A stretch of 52,514 nt of DNA, from the NCBI RefSeq assembly GCF_006345805.1, contig NW_021833949.1:1-52514 (forward strand). The letters are read 5' to 3'. Positions 46,873-52,514 of this stretch are shown here, in pieces. How positions within the stretch are numbered: position 1 is the first letter of the stretch; each line of letters begins with the position of its first letter. This stretch comes from Octopus sinensis (Eukaryota). Under the pieces are notes generated by a model. The model had not been told where the DNA came from. It searched no databases and was given only the letters and a program-made list of their open reading frames with translations. A program made the translations under genes and the position numbers.

Positions 46873-47579
46873 TTTCAGCATTAGTCTACATTTTCCTTTT
46901 TTTTGCTCTTTTTTCCCCCTTTTATTTATTGTCACAGTTTTCGAGGCAGATTTGTTTGTTATTTCTAGCAGTTCGAGCGAGCACATACATATGTGTGAGG
47001 TTGTGCGTGTGTGTTTTGTTTTTCATTGTTATATTTTCCGCTGCAAATTTCTTTCTACCATTCGCTTGTTATTATCATTTTTATCATTTTTATTATTATT
47101 ATTTTTATTATTATTATTGTTATTATTATTATTATTAGTCAACAGCTCTCTTGTTGAAAGAGAGTTGTTGAATATCAAAGCGAAAGTGATAGTAGAAGTA
47201 GGCTTGGCCATTGAATGCGGCTGGAGAGAATTAGAGCACCGTGAAGAGGAGATTGAAGCTGGATGGAAGATGATAATGGACGGTGGTCGCTTGGCTTGCT
47301 CTCATCTGCACACACACGTGTGTATGTGTGTATGGGTGTATATATATATATATATAAATAAAATGGGGTTTGTGTAAGCGAGGAGAAATACTTGCAGTTG
47401 TGTGTGTGTGTGTGTAATAGGGATTGTGTGCCGGAGTTATGGTGCCTCACACACGTGTGTGTGTGGGGGGAGAAAGGGTGATAGATCTGTCTTTTTGTGC
47501 ATATATAAATAATAAGCAATGTGTGTGCATGTATACATATGGGTACTAAAAATTGCATGTATACATACATTATATGTAT

Positions 47580-47612
<33 letters not shown>

Positions 47613-48160
47613 GAATATATATATAATCTACGATTATGTGTTGAGTGCTTCTTGAATTAAATTGTCTATGTGTATAACTATGATCTTCCGCGTCGGAAAC
47701 ACGATTTTCAAGCATTAATTCTTGGAAATCTTGCTGTAACGAGAATCCTATTTTCCATTCGGCTTCCATTTAATATGGAAGACAATGGAAAACAGTTATC
47801 GCGTTACGGCTAGGTTTCCAGGAACGCAAAGTCTCCGCTATGCGGGTACGATTGTCCTTCGAAGACAGGAAAAAAAGAAAAAATGTGTAGTGTGTGTGTG
47901 TGTACCAGAGAGAAATATATATGGGTATCGGTGGAGATCATGGAGTAATGAAGAATGTGATGGAAATACAGTGCAAATTCGAAGAATGTAGAGAGAGAGA
48001 GAGAAAGAGAGAGTAGAGCAGACGAGGCGAGAGAGTCAATGTTGGATGTGTGCATATTTATTAGGCGAGTGATAGGATAGTATGTGTTTATATGCGTACA
48101 AGATATCTCTGCCTATCAATAAATATGCGTATATATGTATATACATATGTATATATCTAA

Positions 48161-48323
48161 GTTATTCTATATATGTATATGTGAATATATTTATATGTGT
48201 GTGTGTATATACACATGTGGGTGTGTATATATTTGTATATTCATAGGCATGATATTGTATGTATATTTACATATGTGTACATCTATATATATTTATTTTA
48301 TTGTATATATAAATATGTATTTG

Positions 48324-48359
<36 letters not shown>

Positions 48360-48377
48360 GCATGTCTATGTATCTGC
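48161..48377 (+). repeat. About 200-bp TA/TG-rich block, copy 1
   Basis: Near-identical to 50424-50621, including TATTCATAGGCATGATATTG. Confidence 0.85.
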
Positions 48378-49464
48378 GTATATAGGATGGGAGCAAAAAA
48401 GGTCCTGAATCTGTGAGCATAAACTACGGATAGTATGAGAAATATGTGTGTGTATAAATTATAGATATAGAGAGACTGATGTGCGTGCGTATATATTCCT
48501 ATACAGCATATATTCCGTTCGGTATCGGCTTCAGAGCGGTGGGCTTCCATTCAGTTTCTGTTTTCCCCAAGTTTCGCTCAGTAACACTGCTCTAGGTTCG
48601 ATCCCACATCGGTGTCTTTTGATACTACTACCTCACATCTACCCAAGCTTTGTGAGTGAAGTTGGGGATACAGAAAGCTGTGTGGGACTCTATCGGATGG
48701 GTGGTACCTGTAATTCACGGGGCCCCCTGTTTTGTCGGTCTGTTACGCAGTGTTCCAGTCGGTTGGTGAACGACGGAGTTTTCAACGATGAGACTGACAA
48801 TCGCAATTTACTTCCACCTCCATTCGATTCAATACACATGCGGTGTGTATATATGTACAATAAGGATAATAAAGAGACACTTGACATTTGTACTTACACA
48901 CACAGACACACACACGCTTTGTAAAAACCCTGTTAATGAAAATGCGGATTGATTCATTGATGTCTCCACATACTGATAACTAACGCATACGAGGACTAAG
49001 AGTGTGTATTCATATACAGATAGTTAAGCTCATGTGTGTATACATGTATTGATAACACTACTGATGTGTGTATATATATATACATACATATTGTAGTAAA
49101 ACGTGTGTATGTAACTGCGCTCAGGGTATATGTGGAAATCTAGACTGCAAGCGAAATATATCTGTATACATGTGACTAGCGCATGAGATGTAGGGAGCGA
49201 CATGAGTGTGTGATATCTATGTATACATATGTGGGTATATATGTGTTTGTGTGTGTGTGCGTTTGTGGTTCCATGGCGAGGGCACAGCCCTGAATTTTTA
49301 GTCGAGCGAATCGGTACCAGTATTTATTTTTATTTTTAAGCTTTGTGCTTATTATTCTATCGATCTTTAGGGCCCAGCCGCTACGGTGGTCATAAACAAA
49401 CGAATACCAGTTGTCAACTAGTCGGGGAGGGGGCAATAAGCCACGGCATACATTTATGTCTATA

Positions 49465-49680
49465 TGAGGCGGGTGCTGAACAGTTCCTGGCTTTAAGAGT
49501 GTTGCGAAAGGCCTGGCCCAGGGGCCCAACCCTCCGAGTTCTATTACAGGGCTTCGAAAAGCTGAAAGAACCATTGCAATAAGAGTGTGAATCTGAAAGG
49601 GGAATATGTCGACTAAAATCATAATTGACTGATCCTCCTGCGTCTTCTACCCAAAGCCAGGAACTATTCAGCACCCCTTC
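49465..49680 (+). mobile_element. Mariner-derived MITE, both TIRs
   Basis: TA-TGAGGCGGGTGCTGAACAGTTCCTGGCTTT...AAAGCCAGGAACTATTCAGCACCCCTTC-TA; internal LQGFEKLKE..NLKGEYVD. Confidence 0.8.
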
Positions 49681-49961
49681 TAGTGTGTATGTCTGTGTGT
49701 GCGCGTTCGGTATTTCGGGACAGTCATTTCCTTTTTTTTTTTTTTTTGGCAAATAAGCACACGCAGTAATTCATTCTTCACTCGTTTATCACTGATCTTA
49801 TCCTAATTCATGTCCATTGTCCGTGAATCTTTCGTCACACATCTGTGACCTCTTCAGCGACACTTCCCGTCTTCGTGTGTTCTTTTGCTCTGTTTGTATA
49901 TATTCTTTTATACGTTTCAGCCTTTAGGCTGCGGCGATGCTGGAGCAACACACACACACAT

Positions 49962-49992
<31 letters not shown>

Positions 49993-50423
49993 TACACGTA
50001 TATGATGAGATTTTTCACTTTCTACCAAATCCATTCACAAGGCTTTGGTCTGACACTTCCCAAAGATGCCACGCACTGGGGCTGAACCCAGAATCAACTG
50101 GTTGGAAAGCAAACTTTTTACCACAAAACCACGCCTGCCCCTACACACGCGTGCATGCATGCATATATATATATATTATATATATATATTATATAATATA
50201 TAGATCTTGTGTGTGTGTGTGTGCGTGGTATGTATGTCTTTATAAATATTTTTCAGTGTTGTACTTGGCTGGAAGTAATTTGGTATAAGACTGTTGGAAC
50301 TAAAAAAAGGTTAAAGCATGGAATATAAATTTTAGCCATGCAAAAACAGAGACTGCTATTTATATATATATGTGTGTATATATATATATACATCATTATA
50401 TGTGTATATATGTATATATGTAT

Positions 50424-50621
50424 GTTATTCTATATATGTGTATGTATTTATATATGTGCGTGTGTATATGGACATGTGGGTGTATATATATTTGTATATT
50501 CATAGGCATGATATTGTATGTATACTTACATATGTGTACATACATATATTGATTTTATTGTATATATAAATATGTATTTGTATATATGTATGTATATATA
50601 TATGCATGTCTATGTATCTGC
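50424..50621 (+). repeat. About 200-bp TA/TG-rich block, copy 2
   Basis: See 48161-48377; lies within TA/TG tract 50360-51058. Confidence 0.85.
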
Positions 50622-51057
50622 ATATATATGTGTATGTATATGTGTATATATTATGTATATATGTATATCAATTTGTATATATAAGTATGTATATAAGAAT
50701 ATAAAAATGTATATATACGTATGTATATATATGCATGTCTATGTATATGCATATATATATATGTATGTATCTATATGTGTATATATTATGTATATATGTA
50801 TATAAATATGTATATATAATTATGTATATAAATATGTATATATACATATGTATATATGTAGAATATAGTGTGTGTGTATGTATGTATGTATATAAATGTA
50901 TATATATATATAATTTATATATATATATATGTTATTTGTATATATATATATATAATATATATATATATATATAGTATGTATTGTATATGCATATGTATTT
51001 TATTTATATTTATACATTGTATATCTATGTGTGTGTGTATATATGTGCATATATGTA

Positions 51058-51735
51058 TCATCATCATCATCATCATCGTTTAACGTCCGCTTTCCATGCT
51101 AGCTGGGTTGGACGTTCAACTGGGGTCTGGGGAGCCCGAAGGCTGCACCAGCCAGTCAGATCTGGCAGTGTTTCTACAGCTGGATGCTTCCTAACGCCAA
51201 CCACTCGAGAGTGTAGGGGTGATTTTATGTGCCACGACCGACACAGGGGCAGACGAGGCTGTGCGAACGGGCAACGATTCGGATGGTGTTTTTATGTGCC
51301 ACCGACACAGGTGCCAGAGAGGCTGGCAGACGGCCACGCTCGGATGGTGTGTTTATGTGCCACCGACACAGGTGCAAGACGAGTGCTGGCAGACGGCGCC
51401 ACGCTGGATGGTTTTTATGTGCCACCGACACAGGTGCCAGACGGCCACGCTCGGACGTGTTGTTTGTTATGGGCCACAGCACGGAGGCCAGTCGATGCGG
51501 TACTGGCTACGGTCACGTTCGGATGGTCTTCTTATGTGCCACCGGCACTGGTACCACAAGGATACAAATTCCATTGATGTTCATCTATTTTGATTTGGTT
51601 TGACTTGATTCGATTTGACTTTGATTGACTTGCCTCAACAGGTCTTCACAAGTGTCACAAGCGGAGGTATGCACAGGCGGACTGACTACGTCCCAGGTAG
51701 GGGCCACGGGTTATGGCTTCACTAGTCTTGCCGGG
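51058..51735 (-). mobile_element. Family E copy with about 6-unit internal minisatellite
   Basis: Same 3' module as 31593-32013; units share GATGGT..TTTATGTGCCACCGACAC. Confidence 0.85.
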
Positions 51736-51744
51736 TGTGGGTGT

Positions 51745-52010
51745 TACTACATATATAGTGTGTGGTGTGTGTGTGTGTGTATACATATATGTATATATTA
51801 TATATATAATATATGTATGTATATATGTATGGATATGTATATATATGTGTATATGTGTATGTATATATGTATGTATATATGTATATATATATGTGTATAT
51901 GTGTATATATATATATATGTATATATACGTATATATATGTGTGTGTGTGTATACATATATGTATATATATATATACCTGTGTGTATATCGTCATATATAT
52001 ACACACACAC

Positions 52011-52045
<35 letters not shown>

Positions 52046-52150
52046 CTATATGTCTGTGTGTGTATATATATATATTATTTTCTATATGTCTGTGTGTATA
52101 TATATACCTATATATATGTATATGTTATTGAGTGTATAATTATATATTAA
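51745..52150. repeat. (TA)n/(TG)n compound microsatellite
   Basis: Directly visible. Confidence 0.9.
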
Positions 52151-52514
52151 TGTATACATACATTAAAGTATCCATTTGTTGGATGAGTTATTTATTACCT
52201 TCCTGTTAAGATTGATTCATCCCTGACCATAATTAACCCTGTCAGACATTTTTGAGTGCATGCATTGAAACATATGTAGAAGAATTCAATGTATAAATTG
52301 TTTATGAACATATACATATATACATGTGTAAGTGTGTGTGTGCATGTGTATTCTACCATATTCTGAGCGCCTTGTTTCCCTGGGCATGGATTCACTGAAG
52401 CTCCGGCGTCTGGCGACGGAGTGGTATATGCCCACAAAGTTGTCAACCACCTCACCAATAACAACACTGAACACCTTTTGATCTCCATGTGTAAACACAC
52501 GTGGACATGCCTAC

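Noticed and set aside
47029-47211. Poly-Asn ORF
   Set aside because: The Asn run is an (AAT)n microsatellite.
51222-51555. CRISPR-like repeat-spacer look
   Set aside because: Spacers are related to each other, repeats are degenerate, the array lies inside a eukaryotic retro-element and there are no cas genes.

Overview
AT-rich, repeat-saturated eukaryotic DNA. The SINE families look like those of octopus genomes (recognition from memory, not a database search). I found no intact protein-coding gene, tRNA, rRNA or CRISPR array; most long ORFs in the track are microsatellite translations. The window holds dozens of tRNA-derived SINE copies (informal families A-E), decayed LINE fragments (R4/Dong-like, CR1-like, RTE-like, Tx1/L1-like, Penelope-like), hAT, mariner, piggyBac and Helitron/Helentron-type non-autonomous elements, and long microsatellites. 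Main signals: (1) several hammerhead ribozyme motifs, including an intact type I core in a 338-bp near-perfect palindrome at 7174-7511; (2) a two-copy element (12.5 kb and 19.4 kb) with hammerhead core nucleotides and stems I and III in a non-circularly permuted order, with stem II unresolved; (3) two SINE tails that match LINE 3' ends in this window, with the Tx1-tailed SINE repeatedly joined to one site inside its own family to give dimers and trimers; (4) two promoter-like motif clusters (YY1/CRE at 27.1 kb, RFX X-box at 44.45 kb) whose genes I could not identify. Boundaries of degenerate repeats are approximate.
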